A stretch of 64,000 bases of DNA from an uncultured Rikenellaceae bacterium (GTDB lineage Bacteria; Bacteroidota; Bacteroidia; Bacteroidales; VadinHA17): the NCBI GenBank assembly GCA_964633505.1, contig CAZWHC010000003.1, forward strand, positions 317,613 to 381,612. The letters are read 5' to 3'. Of the stretch, positions 55,639 through 64,000 are shown in pieces. Positions within the stretch are counted from its first letter, which is position 1. Each line of letters opens with the position of its first letter. The translations under genes were made by a program, and so were the position numbers. The notes under the pieces are model-generated. The model had not been told where the DNA came from. It was given only the letters and a program-made list of their open reading frames with translations, and made no database searches.

Positions 55639-56913
55639 ATGGAAATAATTATAATATCAATTCTTATCCTCCTGAACGGATTCTTCTCGCTCTCTGAAAT
55701 TGCTTTGGTTTCAAGCCGGAAAACAAGGCTTGAGACACTTAAAAGCCAGGGAAGCAAGGGCGCTGCTGCAGCCCTCAACATGCTAAGAAACCCTGGAAAT
55801 TTCCTTTCCGCCATTCAGACAGGCATTACACTGATTGGCATCATGACAGGTTTATATGGAGGGCTTGGCATTGCAGATGATATTTCGCCGCTTTTCCTTA
55901 ACCTTGGGATGGCCACCGGACCGGCTGCTCAGATCTCACTTGCATTGACAGTTCTCCTGATAACCTATTTTTCAATAGTCCTCGGTGAGCTTGTCCCAAA
56001 AACAATATCTCTCAGTAATCCTGAGAAAATTGCTGTTGCCATTGCTCCTTTCATTCGCTGGTTCAGCATCATTTTTTACCCTGTTGTAAGGTTTCTTTCT
56101 TTGTCAACCTCTGCCATCGACAAGATGCTGGGGATTAAAAAACAATCACAGCATCTGACGGAAGCCGACCTGAGACAACTTCTCAAAACTGCATCGTCAG
56201 AGGGTGTCATTGAAAAGGACCAGAATCTTATCCATCAGAAGCTGTTTTATTTTTCCGACAAAAGGGCAAAGCATATAATGACACACAGGATGGAAGCCGA
56301 ATGGATTGACATAAATATGCCGCCGGCCAGGCTGAAGGAAAAGATACTCAATTCGAGACATACAAGGATAGTCTGCTGCCGCGAAAATCTCGACAATTTC
56401 GTTGGGATCCTCAATGTCAGGGATTATCTTGCAGGATGTTTAAATGATTCTGTTCCCGACGTTTCGCGGCTCATCACTCAACCGCTTTTCATACCCGAAA
56501 GCGCTGACGCCCCGAAAGTCCTTAATCTTTTCAAAAAGGAGAATGTAAATTTCTGTGTTGTAGTAAACGAGTACGGGATCCTTGAAGGGATTATCACCCT
56601 TTATGACATTCTCGAAAATCTTATCGGAAGCCTTCCTGAAGAAGGCGTAATACCCGAACCTGATATCTTTGTACGCGACGACAAATCATATCTTATAAGC
56701 GGTGATGCACCTGTTGAGATCCTCGACAATGTATTCGAAAATCATGTCACTGACCTTGAGAACATCGATTATACTACCGTTGCGGGATTTGTGCTTGAAC
56801 ATATAGATAAAATTCCGGAGATTGGGGATAAGTTCACTTACAGGGATTATACAATTGAAATTGTGGATATTGACGGAAACAGGATAGATAAAATTCAGGT
56901 TTCAAAAAAATGA
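55639..56913 (+). CDS. CNNM/DUF21 - CBS pair - CorC_HlyC 'hemolysin-family' (Mg2+/Co2+ efflux-type) membrane protein
   Basis: 424 aa. DUF21 N-terminus is 'LLNGFFSLSEIALVSS'. Has 'VLGELVPK'. CBS-region sequence is followed by the C-terminal 'TVAGFVLEHIDKIPEIGDKF.....TIEIVDIDGNRIDKIQV'. Confidence 0.85.
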   Translation: MEIIIISILILLNGFFSLSEIALVSSRKTRLETLKSQGSKGAAAALNMLRNPGNFLSAIQTGITLIGIMTGLYGGLGIADDISPLFLNLGMATGPAAQISLALTVLLITYFSIVLGELVPKTISLSNPEKIAVAIAPFIRWFSIIFYPVVRFLSLSTSAIDKMLGIKKQSQHLTEADLRQLLKTASSEGVIEKDQNLIHQKLFYFSDKRAKHIMTHRMEAEWIDINMPPARLKEKILNSRHTRIVCCRENLDNFVGILNVRDYLAGCLNDSVPDVSRLITQPLFIPESADAPKVLNLFKKENVNFCVVVNEYGILEGIITLYDILENLIGSLPEEGVIPEPDIFVRDDKSYLISGDAPVEILDNVFENHVTDLENIDYTTVAGFVLEHIDKIPEIGDKFTYRDYTIEIVDIDGNRIDKIQVSKK

Positions 56914-57731
56914 TATTTGAGGAAACATTCGGGCTTATTAAAAAGGAATATCCCGGAGCCATAGACGGTCTTGCAATCGATGATGTAAAGATAGGGCCAT
57001 ACCTTACGGCTGTACGTTTGTCTGACGGTTCATGCGGAACTTCTGCTACATTATGCGACGATCTTCCGGTATGTGCTAAGGGAAGGAGGGACTTTGGCGA
57101 TTTTACCCCTCTTAAAATAAAAGGACAGAAAGCCGGAGATTTACTTTTATCATCAAAAGAATCAGCATTGATATCAACCCTTAAAACAGCAGTGCTGAGT
57201 GCCATATCTTCTCAGGTAATCATGAAAGGGAACTACAATGTTGTTGAGGACTGTGATCCTGTTGAGATGCTGGGATTCAAAACGGGTGATAATGTGGTTG
57301 TTGTTGGCGGATTTCAGTCGTATATACGGAAAATTTCACAGACTGGATGCCGGCTGACAGTACTGGAAAAAAACGAAAATTGCCTTACCGGCGATCAGAA
57401 GACATTCTACATGCCGGCTGAAGAATACATGAATATCCTGCCCCTGGCAGACATTGTGATAATAACCGGCCAGACCATTGTGAACAGGACTATTGATAAC
57501 CTTCTCGAGGGGATCAACCCGTCAGCGAGGGTCGTTATTACAGGGCCGTCATGCAATATAATCCCTGATGTACTTTTCGCCAATAAAGTCAGTATGGTCG
57601 GTGCTGTGAGAATTGTAAGACCCGATCTGCTTTTCGACCTTGTCAGTGAAGGAGGCACAGGCTACCATCTCTTTGAATATTCGGCCGCCATGAAAATATG
57701 TATCATCAACGGTAATGGGACACAGACTTAG
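56910..57731 (+). CDS. DUF4213/DUF364 two-domain protein (Pfam: putative heavy-metal chelation)
   Basis: 273 aa. Has 'I.DV.IG.YLTAV.L.DGS.G.S' (DUF4213-like N-domain) then the Rossmann-like 'VVVVGGFQSYI......G..L.VLE' and 'DIVIITGQTIVN.T.D.LL'. An ATGA overlap links it to the upstream gene. Confidence 0.55.
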   Translation: MIFEETFGLIKKEYPGAIDGLAIDDVKIGPYLTAVRLSDGSCGTSATLCDDLPVCAKGRRDFGDFTPLKIKGQKAGDLLLSSKESALISTLKTAVLSAISSQVIMKGNYNVVEDCDPVEMLGFKTGDNVVVVGGFQSYIRKISQTGCRLTVLEKNENCLTGDQKTFYMPAEEYMNILPLADIVIITGQTIVNRTIDNLLEGINPSARVVITGPSCNIIPDVLFANKVSMVGAVRIVRPDLLFDLVSEGGTGYHLFEYSAAMKICIINGNGTQT

Positions 57732-59442
57732 TGAGAGATGGATAAAAGCCTCAATTGCAGGCACTTTGTGGGCGGCTTCGGAGATTGTCCTCGGTAGTTT
57801 TCTGCATAACCTCAGGGTACCGTTTGGCGGTAACATCCTGACGGCAATAGGTATTGTCATCCTCATATCCATAAGTTATGTCTGGACCGACAGGGGTCTT
57901 TTCTGGAGGGCCGGACTTATCTGTGCACTAATGAAGACCCTGTCGCCAAGCGCAGTGATCTTCGGCCCGATGATTGCAATTTTCACAGAATCGCTTCTCC
58001 TTGAACTCTCAGTATTTATATTCGGCAGGAGCATCCCGGGCTATCTCCTCGGTTCTATGCTGGCAATGTCGTGGAACCTGTTCCAGAAGATTGCCAACTA
58101 TTTAATAATGTACGGATCAGATATAGCTCTTGTTTATTCAAACCTTCTGAAGATGGCGCAGAAGCAGTTGAATATCCAGACAGATATAGTCTGGCTGCCT
58201 ATTATTGCCCTTCTCATATTATTTGCCCTTTTCGGACTCTTATCGGGAACCATCGGCATGGTTGTGGGAAACAGACTTCTTAAACAGTCAGCCCCGGAAT
58301 TCTCAGCATCGGTTGTAAGTTCAGGCGGAGGCGATAAAAAAAAATCATCCGGAATCTTTAAATACTCACTGGCGTGGCTCGCAGCTGACTTATTAATCCT
58401 GATTTTTTCCTTCATCCTTTTGAACAGAGCAGCATGGCCATACTGGTGTGCCTTCATTACCGGGATAATAATACTATGGTCGTTAAGGTACAGGAGAGCA
58501 TTCCGCCGCCTTTCGAAACCAGGATTCTGGATCTTTTTTGTAGTTCTTACCCTTGTTACAGCGTTTGTATTTACAAAAGCACAGGGCAGTGATAATTCGC
58601 TTATAGAGGGAATCCTTACGGGTGTTCAGATGAATTTCAGAGCTGCTGTGGTTGTCCTTGGATTTACAGTGATAGGCACTGAGCTTTATAACCCCGTAAT
58701 AAGGAAATTCTTTTCAGCGACCTCATTCCGGAATCTTCCTCTGGCTCTTGAATTGTCGGCCGAAAGTCTGCCTGAATTTATCGCAGCCATACCTGATCTG
58801 AAAAGCCTGTTAAGGAACCCGGTATCTGTTTTCCATATGGTGATTTCGGGGGCCGAAAAACGCCTGCACGAAATAAAAACCAAACCTTCTGCGGGGAGAA
58901 ATATCTTTATCATAACCGGACCGGTGGGAGGGGGGAAGACAACTTTTGCTGAAAATCTTATAAGGCTTTTCAGGGAAAGAGGAATTACCGCCGGAGGGAT
59001 AATTTCAAGGAAGATAAAAACACCTGAGGGTGCTATAGGATACGATATTGTTAATATATTAACAGATGATCAGGTGCCATTTCTAAGACAGAATTCCGGC
59101 TGCGGGAATGAAAGGGTAGGGAGGTTCACAATCTGTAAAGCAGGACTTGATGAGGGAATAAGAATACTTTCGGAACTGGAATTACCTGATAATGGCTTTG
59201 TATTTATCGATGAAGTGGGTTTTCTGGAACTGCGCGATGAAGGATGGGCTGCAAGCATAACCAGGCTTCTAGAACGTTCTGAATACAACATTATCATAAC
59301 CACCCGCCTGGCCCTGCTTGAACAGGTAAAGGAAAAATTTGGCATTCCGGATGCTTTAATGTTTAATATAAGCGAAGTTGATTATTCCGCGACAGCAAAC
59401 ACTGTTATTGAAATGACCGGGAATCGATCCCTGGTGAAATAA
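57715..59442 (+). CDS. fusion protein: polytopic membrane domain (~8-10 TM) + C-terminal THEP1/DUF2478-like P-loop NTPase
   Basis: 575 aa. The first ~380 aa are dominated by hydrophobic segments. Walker A is 'ITGPVGGGKTTF' (nt ~58915-58950). Walker B is 'FVFIDEVGFLEL'. It overlaps the upstream gene by 17 nt. Confidence 0.6.
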   Translation: MGHRLSERWIKASIAGTLWAASEIVLGSFLHNLRVPFGGNILTAIGIVILISISYVWTDRGLFWRAGLICALMKTLSPSAVIFGPMIAIFTESLLLELSVFIFGRSIPGYLLGSMLAMSWNLFQKIANYLIMYGSDIALVYSNLLKMAQKQLNIQTDIVWLPIIALLILFALFGLLSGTIGMVVGNRLLKQSAPEFSASVVSSGGGDKKKSSGIFKYSLAWLAADLLILIFSFILLNRAAWPYWCAFITGIIILWSLRYRRAFRRLSKPGFWIFFVVLTLVTAFVFTKAQGSDNSLIEGILTGVQMNFRAAVVVLGFTVIGTELYNPVIRKFFSATSFRNLPLALELSAESLPEFIAAIPDLKSLLRNPVSVFHMVISGAEKRLHEIKTKPSAGRNIFIITGPVGGGKTTFAENLIRLFRERGITAGGIISRKIKTPEGAIGYDIVNILTDDQVPFLRQNSGCGNERVGRFTICKAGLDEGIRILSELELPDNGFVFIDEVGFLELRDEGWAASITRLLERSEYNIIITTRLALLEQVKEKFGIPDALMFNISEVDYSATANTVIEMTGNRSLVK

Positions 59443-59456
59443 GCCCGGCATCCGGT

Positions 59457-61184
59457 TCACTGAACCACGACCACAAGATCCGGATATTGCGGGCATTTTT
59501 TCGAGACCACGGTATTTTCAAAAGTGATGTTTTCCAGCACAGGTCTCCATGTCATCCTGACCATGTTCCATACGTCCCTGTCGTTATTCTGGGAAAAAGA
59601 GTTCCTTATTATCATTTTTCCTTCGACCTCAGCCCAGGAATAATTATCACCATACCTGATACCGACTCCGTTTTTCAGGAACTTGCAGTTTTCGGCTGTT
59701 ACCACATGATTTGGTGAGCTGAAGCCAAGTTCAAGGCCCTGTCCGCAGTTAGTAAATATGCAATTGACGAAAGTGTGGTTTTTCACTGCATTATCACCGC
59801 TCGAAAGAGCAGCTCCTTCATGGAAACAGGCTTCAAACCTGCAGTTTGTAAGGGTTATATCACCGCCTTCCGTATTGCCCGAATCGAGTCCGTCATCTTT
59901 TGCATACATAAAAGCAGTGTTTTCGATCTGTGCATCTGAGGCGCTGAGGTAAAGGCCATCATTGTCGTCGTCCCTGTACTCATTCGTATCATCGGGAAAA
60001 TCGGTAAATATTGAATTTTTCAGGGAAAGGTTCGAATAATTAACCTGCCCCCCTGTTTTTGCTCTCTGAACAAGGATGTTGTTCAGGTTGAGCGTGGAAT
60101 TTATCGGGTAGAATATCTGGCCGATATGATCGGTGATATAGCAGTGGTCAAGATCGAGAGTACTGTTTTCAGTATAAAACAATGCCTGACGGCCTGCATG
60201 ACCCCATGTATAACCCGATGTATCATGGTATCCGCTTCGGCAGAATATTGTATGCTGTGCCTCAACGGTTCCGTTTGCAACCCTTGTTATGAATCCGCCC
60301 CAATAGGCTCCGCGACGACTGCAGGTGACAAGGATAGGATTACCTGCTTTTCCTGCAAATATTACAGGACCGCTTATATTTATGTCGACAGCTTCATCGA
60401 TAAGAACCAGCGCCCCTTCGTTGATCACAAGCGATCCTCCCGGCCTTATATCAAGGTTACCTTTTATCCTTACAGGTGTGTTTGCCGGGATCTCAACCCT
60501 GGCATTGATAACGCCTTTAAGTTCAACAGTTGCTCCTTTTATTTTTGTAATCTGAACATTGAACTGCCTGCCTCCAATGGTAAACCTTGCCTGGCTGATT
60601 ATTGAAGCAGAATTTATGACTACAGATCCTGCCCCCTGTTTTATATTGAAAGCCTTACCGGTAAGCTGACTCATTCCTTCACAATAAACCGGTTTGACCA
60701 GGCCCGATTCCTTAATATAGAAGATGAAGGGAATATCGGTAGTATCGGTATAGTGCCCCGGATAAACTGCTTCGATCACAGATCCTGAAGGCAGGGAACT
60801 CTTAAACGGTTCCGGAATCCATTCCCTGATACCCCATTCGGCGTTTTCCCTCTCTTCTGTCATCGTTGTGAAAAGGATTGTGTCGGTACTTTTACCCGTG
60901 ACGTTATACCTGATGATCAGCTCATAAAATCCGGTCTCCTCGAATTTTATGAAATCTCCTTTTGCAAAATCGGTAGTCTGGCCATTAATTGTTGCAGAGC
61001 TTATAATATTTGTATCATTTAATATTGCGAAAGGAAGATAATAATCGGTTCTGGTTGCAAGTTCGGAGATATTTATGCTTCCTTCGGGTGGTTCTTCCGG
61101 AAGCCTCTCTTCATTTTTCCTGCAACTTATAAGAGATATAAAAAGAATCGACAACAAAATAGTTATCTGTCTCTTCATTGTCAT
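59457..61184 (-). CDS. lipoprotein with right-handed parallel beta-helix (PbH1) repeats
   Basis: 575 aa with lipobox 'SLISC'. The C-terminal half has ~22-aa repeats rich in N/G/C, e.g. 'LTNCRFEACFHEGAAL', 'FVNCIFTNCGQGLELG' and 'AENCKFLKNGVGIRYG'. Confidence 0.65.
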   Translation of the reverse strand: MTMKRQITILLSILFISLISCRKNEERLPEEPPEGSINISELATRTDYYLPFAILNDTNIISSATINGQTTDFAKGDFIKFEETGFYELIIRYNVTGKSTDTILFTTMTEERENAEWGIREWIPEPFKSSLPSGSVIEAVYPGHYTDTTDIPFIFYIKESGLVKPVYCEGMSQLTGKAFNIKQGAGSVVINSASIISQARFTIGGRQFNVQITKIKGATVELKGVINARVEIPANTPVRIKGNLDIRPGGSLVINEGALVLIDEAVDINISGPVIFAGKAGNPILVTCSRRGAYWGGFITRVANGTVEAQHTIFCRSGYHDTSGYTWGHAGRQALFYTENSTLDLDHCYITDHIGQIFYPINSTLNLNNILVQRAKTGGQVNYSNLSLKNSIFTDFPDDTNEYRDDDNDGLYLSASDAQIENTAFMYAKDDGLDSGNTEGGDITLTNCRFEACFHEGAALSSGDNAVKNHTFVNCIFTNCGQGLELGFSSPNHVVTAENCKFLKNGVGIRYGDNYSWAEVEGKMIIRNSFSQNNDRDVWNMVRMTWRPVLENITFENTVVSKKCPQYPDLVVVVQ

Positions 61185-62446
61185 TTAAGGTTTTTCCTGC
61201 TGTCAATTTCCCCGGTAATCCAGTTCCTGCGGTCCTTCAGCATCTGTCTTTTCCGGGCCAGGTTATCAAGGAACAGGCTCCGGCTTGTCGCCTGCACGTC
61301 ATACTTCGACTGTGCAATAATGGAATCATTGTCATAAAACGGGCCGATATCCTCAAGTGTCATATCAAAAATCATGTCAATCCTGTTCAAATCGATTTTT
61401 TCCATAACCGACTTCAGGGTAAGGAGATATTTCTGGTAAAGGTATTCATCCTTAGCGATAATGTAATCGAGATCATCTTCAACTGAAAAGAGGAGCTTGT
61501 TCCCGACATCCGCGACAACATCTTCAACACTGCTATATTTTCTCGAACCAAATACTGTTCCGGTTGCCCATCCGTTGCCAATTTCGTGCGGTTCGTCAGA
61601 AAACAGGTCATCATAGTCCCATGGAAAGACGCCGAACACTTCTTTCCCGTTCTTCATCTTGCTGTAAAAGAATATCTCATCTGTATAATCACCGTTTTTA
61701 AGAAGCAGATCGATGCTCAGTTTTGTAAAATACTGCTCCAGATCGATATATGCCGAAAGGCTATCGAATAATTGTTGTCCGGAATATTCAGGTAGTATAT
61801 TGTAAATATTTCTGAATCTTGCCTTGTATAGACCCTCGTTCTGCGACTGAACAGGATTTATATCGAACGATTTGATTGCATGGTTGTAACCGCGGCGTAC
61901 CACACAGGAAGAATTTTCTCTTTCAATAAAGTATTCAACAGGGTCTTCGATAAAATGATATAGTCCCTGGGTATGTCCGTTGAGCCTTACCTCATTGAAG
62001 AAACTAAGAACGGGCCATAGTCCGGCTTCCCTTAATAATCCTGTGGCAACGCTGTTCTCGATGTAAGTATAATCGTAAACCATCGCCAGCAGCTTGAACT
62101 CTTCATATTTTCTTTTTGTTTCGGTGAACCGGTTATAAAGGATAATTTTATCGCCCATATTAACTCCGAAGCCTTTTCTTTCGAAATTAAGGGTATTATC
62201 TCCCCTTATCTCAAACCTGTCGATCAAGTATTCACTTCCGCCGTAATCAAGCCGGGGAAGCGGATCGGATATTTCATACTGTTCGCCGCGGCTCGAATTT
62301 ATATGTTGCCTTTGTTGTTCCGTCACAATAAAATTAAAGACTCTGTTTTCCTGACCGGATGGTGGTGAAGGATCCTTCACACAACTTCCGGCAAGGAGAA
62401 GAATCAATAACACGACCGGGATAAGACTGATGGAGAGCCTGGTCAT
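61181..62446 (-). CDS. CotH-family (atypical kinase fold) lipoprotein
   Basis: 421 aa with lipobox 'LAGSC'. 'LLKNGDYTDEIFFYSKMKNGKEVFGVFPWDYDDLF' matches the CotH 'N.D....N.Y.Y......PWD.D..F' signature. An ATGA overlap links it to the downstream beta-helix gene. Confidence 0.7.
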   Translation of the reverse strand: MTRLSISLIPVVLLILLLAGSCVKDPSPPSGQENRVFNFIVTEQQRQHINSSRGEQYEISDPLPRLDYGGSEYLIDRFEIRGDNTLNFERKGFGVNMGDKIILYNRFTETKRKYEEFKLLAMVYDYTYIENSVATGLLREAGLWPVLSFFNEVRLNGHTQGLYHFIEDPVEYFIERENSSCVVRRGYNHAIKSFDINPVQSQNEGLYKARFRNIYNILPEYSGQQLFDSLSAYIDLEQYFTKLSIDLLLKNGDYTDEIFFYSKMKNGKEVFGVFPWDYDDLFSDEPHEIGNGWATGTVFGSRKYSSVEDVVADVGNKLLFSVEDDLDYIIAKDEYLYQKYLLTLKSVMEKIDLNRIDMIFDMTLEDIGPFYDNDSIIAQSKYDVQATSRSLFLDNLARKRQMLKDRRNWITGEIDSRKNLK

Positions 62447-62654
62447 AAATTAACAACATAAGGATTAATCACTGCAATATTAGCTATTATGCCTGATATA
62501 ATGGATTCCTGATATCAAATAGATATATGATTGATGTCGACACATTTTGTTGACTTCAGGCTCTCTCTCTTCAAAATTGAGAATTCTGTGTTTTACATTA
62601 TCTATTTTCCTAACTTTATTCATCAAATTATTCCTATCAAAAGCATAACCTTCA

Positions 62655-64000
62655 ATGAAAAAAATTCTGTTTGTTTTAGTTCTGATTTTACTGTTGCCGG
62701 ACCTGTATTCGCAACAGCCTCCCTTTTACAACAACTTCACTGTATCGGTCTATGCCAGGGCTTATGAGGTCCGCGATATGGCCGACCAGAAGAAACTTCA
62801 GGAGACCTGGGACCTCATAAGCCAGCAGGTGAAAGTTGATAAAATTTACCTCGAGACTCATCGGGATCAACTTATAGTTGATGAAAAAACGCTCGAATCG
62901 GCGATTAAATTCTTTAAATCAAAAGGCCTTAAGGTTGCCGGAGGGATCACATATACTATCGATGAAAGCAACAATTTTGAGACATTCTGCTATACAAACC
63001 CCGGGCACAGGCAAAAGGCCAGGGAGATTGCCGAATACACTGCAAGGCATTTCGACGAGTTCATTCTCGATGATTTCTTCTTCACAAGCTGCAAATGCGA
63101 TCTTTGCATCAAGGCAAAAGGGGAGATGAGCTGGACTGATTTCCGCCTGAAGCTTATGACCGATGCTGCCCGCGATCTGATAATCGATCCTGCAAAGGCA
63201 GTAAATCCGAAAGTAAAGGTTGTGATAAAATATCCGAACTGGTATGAGCATTTTCAGGGGCTTGGATTCAACCTTGATGCAGAACCCCGGATGTTTGATG
63301 GGATTTATTCAGGCACAGAGACCCGCGATGCTGTTAGCTCTGATCAACATCTGCAACCCTATGAAAGTTATTTGATAATCAGATATTTTGAGAATATTGC
63401 CCCCGGCCGTAACGGCGGCGGATGGGTCGATTCGGGAGGCGCTTTCTATATGGACCGTTATGCAGAACAGTTCTGGCTAACCTTATTTGCAAAAGCTCCG
63501 GAGATAACAATGTTCGATTACAGACAGCTGCAGTCAGCCCTGAGGCTGGGAACAAGAGCTCCATGGCAGGGAATGCAGACAAGCTTCGATTTTGATGCAA
63601 TGGTGAAACCATATAAGGCAGCCGATGGAAGAATGGTATATCCTTCAACGATTGCAAGAGTTGCCGGTGTAACTTTCGAACAGGTCGACAAATTCCTCGG
63701 GAAACTTGGCTTACCGGTAGGAGTGATGAGCTACAGGCCCTATAATGCAACAGGGGAGGACTTCCTTCAGAATTACCTCGGGATGATCGGAATACCAATG
63801 GACATTTCACCGGTATTTCCGGCTGAAGGTAAAATGATACTCCTTACCGAATCGGCAAAATTTGATCCGCAGATAGTCCAGAAGATAAAGGAACGCCTGT
63901 GGGTCGGCAAAAATGTTATGATAACATCAGGACTGCTCAGGGAACTGCAGGGTAAAGGGATAGAGGATATTGCCGAGATTAAATACACCAACCGTAAAGC
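62655..64000 (+). CDS. secreted protein of unknown function, possibly a TIM-barrel glycoside-hydrolase-like domain; open at the right edge
   Basis: Absent from the ORF track because it has no stop within the window. My translation from ATG 62655 is MKKILFVLVLILLLPDLYSQQPPFYNNFTVSVYARAYEV...FDEFILDDFFFTSCKCDLC...KYPNWYEHFQGLGFN...GGGWVDSGG..., with 448 codons and no stop. It has a signal peptide. Confidence 0.65.
   Translation, partial: MKKILFVLVLILLLPDLYSQQPPFYNNFTVSVYARAYEVRDMADQKKLQETWDLISQQVKVDKIYLETHRDQLIVDEKTLESAIKFFKSKGLKVAGGITYTIDESNNFETFCYTNPGHRQKAREIAEYTARHFDEFILDDFFFTSCKCDLCIKAKGEMSWTDFRLKLMTDAARDLIIDPAKAVNPKVKVVIKYPNWYEHFQGLGFNLDAEPRMFDGIYSGTETRDAVSSDQHLQPYESYLIIRYFENIAPGRNGGGWVDSGGAFYMDRYAEQFWLTLFAKAPEITMFDYRQLQSALRLGTRAPWQGMQTSFDFDAMVKPYKAADGRMVYPSTIARVAGVTFEQVDKFLGKLGLPVGVMSYRPYNATGEDFLQNYLGMIGIPMDISPVFPAEGKMILLTESAKFDPQIVQKIKERLWVGKNVMITSGLLRELQGKGIEDIAEIKYTNRK

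Noticed and set aside
1-64000. rRNA, tRNA, tmRNA, riboswitches, transposases, integrases, prophage or known defence genes
   Set aside because: I scanned every intergenic gap over ~60 nt by eye. I saw no tRNA-like GC-rich cloverleaf candidates and no conserved riboswitch cores that I recognise, for example upstream of mntH, nadA or the purF-like gene. No ORF has recombinase, transposase, restriction or Cas motifs. A covariance-model scan (Infernal/Rfam, tRNAscan-SE) would be needed to exclude small RNAs formally.

Overview
This 64-kb window looks like a chromosomal segment of a Bacteroidota genome. The signatures are a T9SS type-B C-terminal-domain adhesin followed by a PorP/SprF gene, many SpI/SpII signal peptides, and a dut-TPR-DUF4292-M23 block. 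All calls rest on reading the supplied translations and the DNA by eye; no searches were run. About 55 protein genes are supported and most are housekeeping: lspA fragment, polyprenyl synthase, pfk, uvrC, ade, mnmG, ybeY, dut, pheS, ruvB, nadA, rpiB, hemW, purF-like and mntH. There is also a mannoside/hexosamine glycan-utilisation flavour (PMI-like + GH38, GH20 + esterase). I saw no rRNA, tRNA, CRISPR array, transposase, integrase, phage gene or recognisable defence system. Seven things stand out. (1) A translationally coupled CNNM/CorC - DUF4213/DUF364 - polytopic-membrane::P-loop-NTPase operon (55.6-59.4 kb). I consider it the best candidate for an uncharacterised system, possibly in metal or cofactor handling. 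(2) A T9SS adhesin locus (46.7-53.0 kb): a free-standing DUF4347-like gene, then a 1607-aa protein with 10+1 near-periodic 83-aa Ig-like repeats, an MBG domain and a type-B CTD, then its PorP/SprF partner. (3) An ATGA-coupled CotH-kinase / beta-helix lipoprotein pair. It is divergent from a long secreted-protein ORF that runs off the right edge and is absent from the supplied ORF track. (4) A dispersed family of G/C-tract hairpin repeats that share a TTTACCCCC / GGGGGTAAA terminus and sit in at least five intergenic sites. (5) A decayed Tat-signal aldo/keto-reductase pseudogene. (6) A ~730-bp AT-rich gene-free region carrying repeated TTTTCAACA 9-mers and ACAATTGT palindromes. (7) A 29-bp-arm inverted repeat built from ATTTCGG heptamers. 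Functional interpretations of these are inference and are flagged as such.
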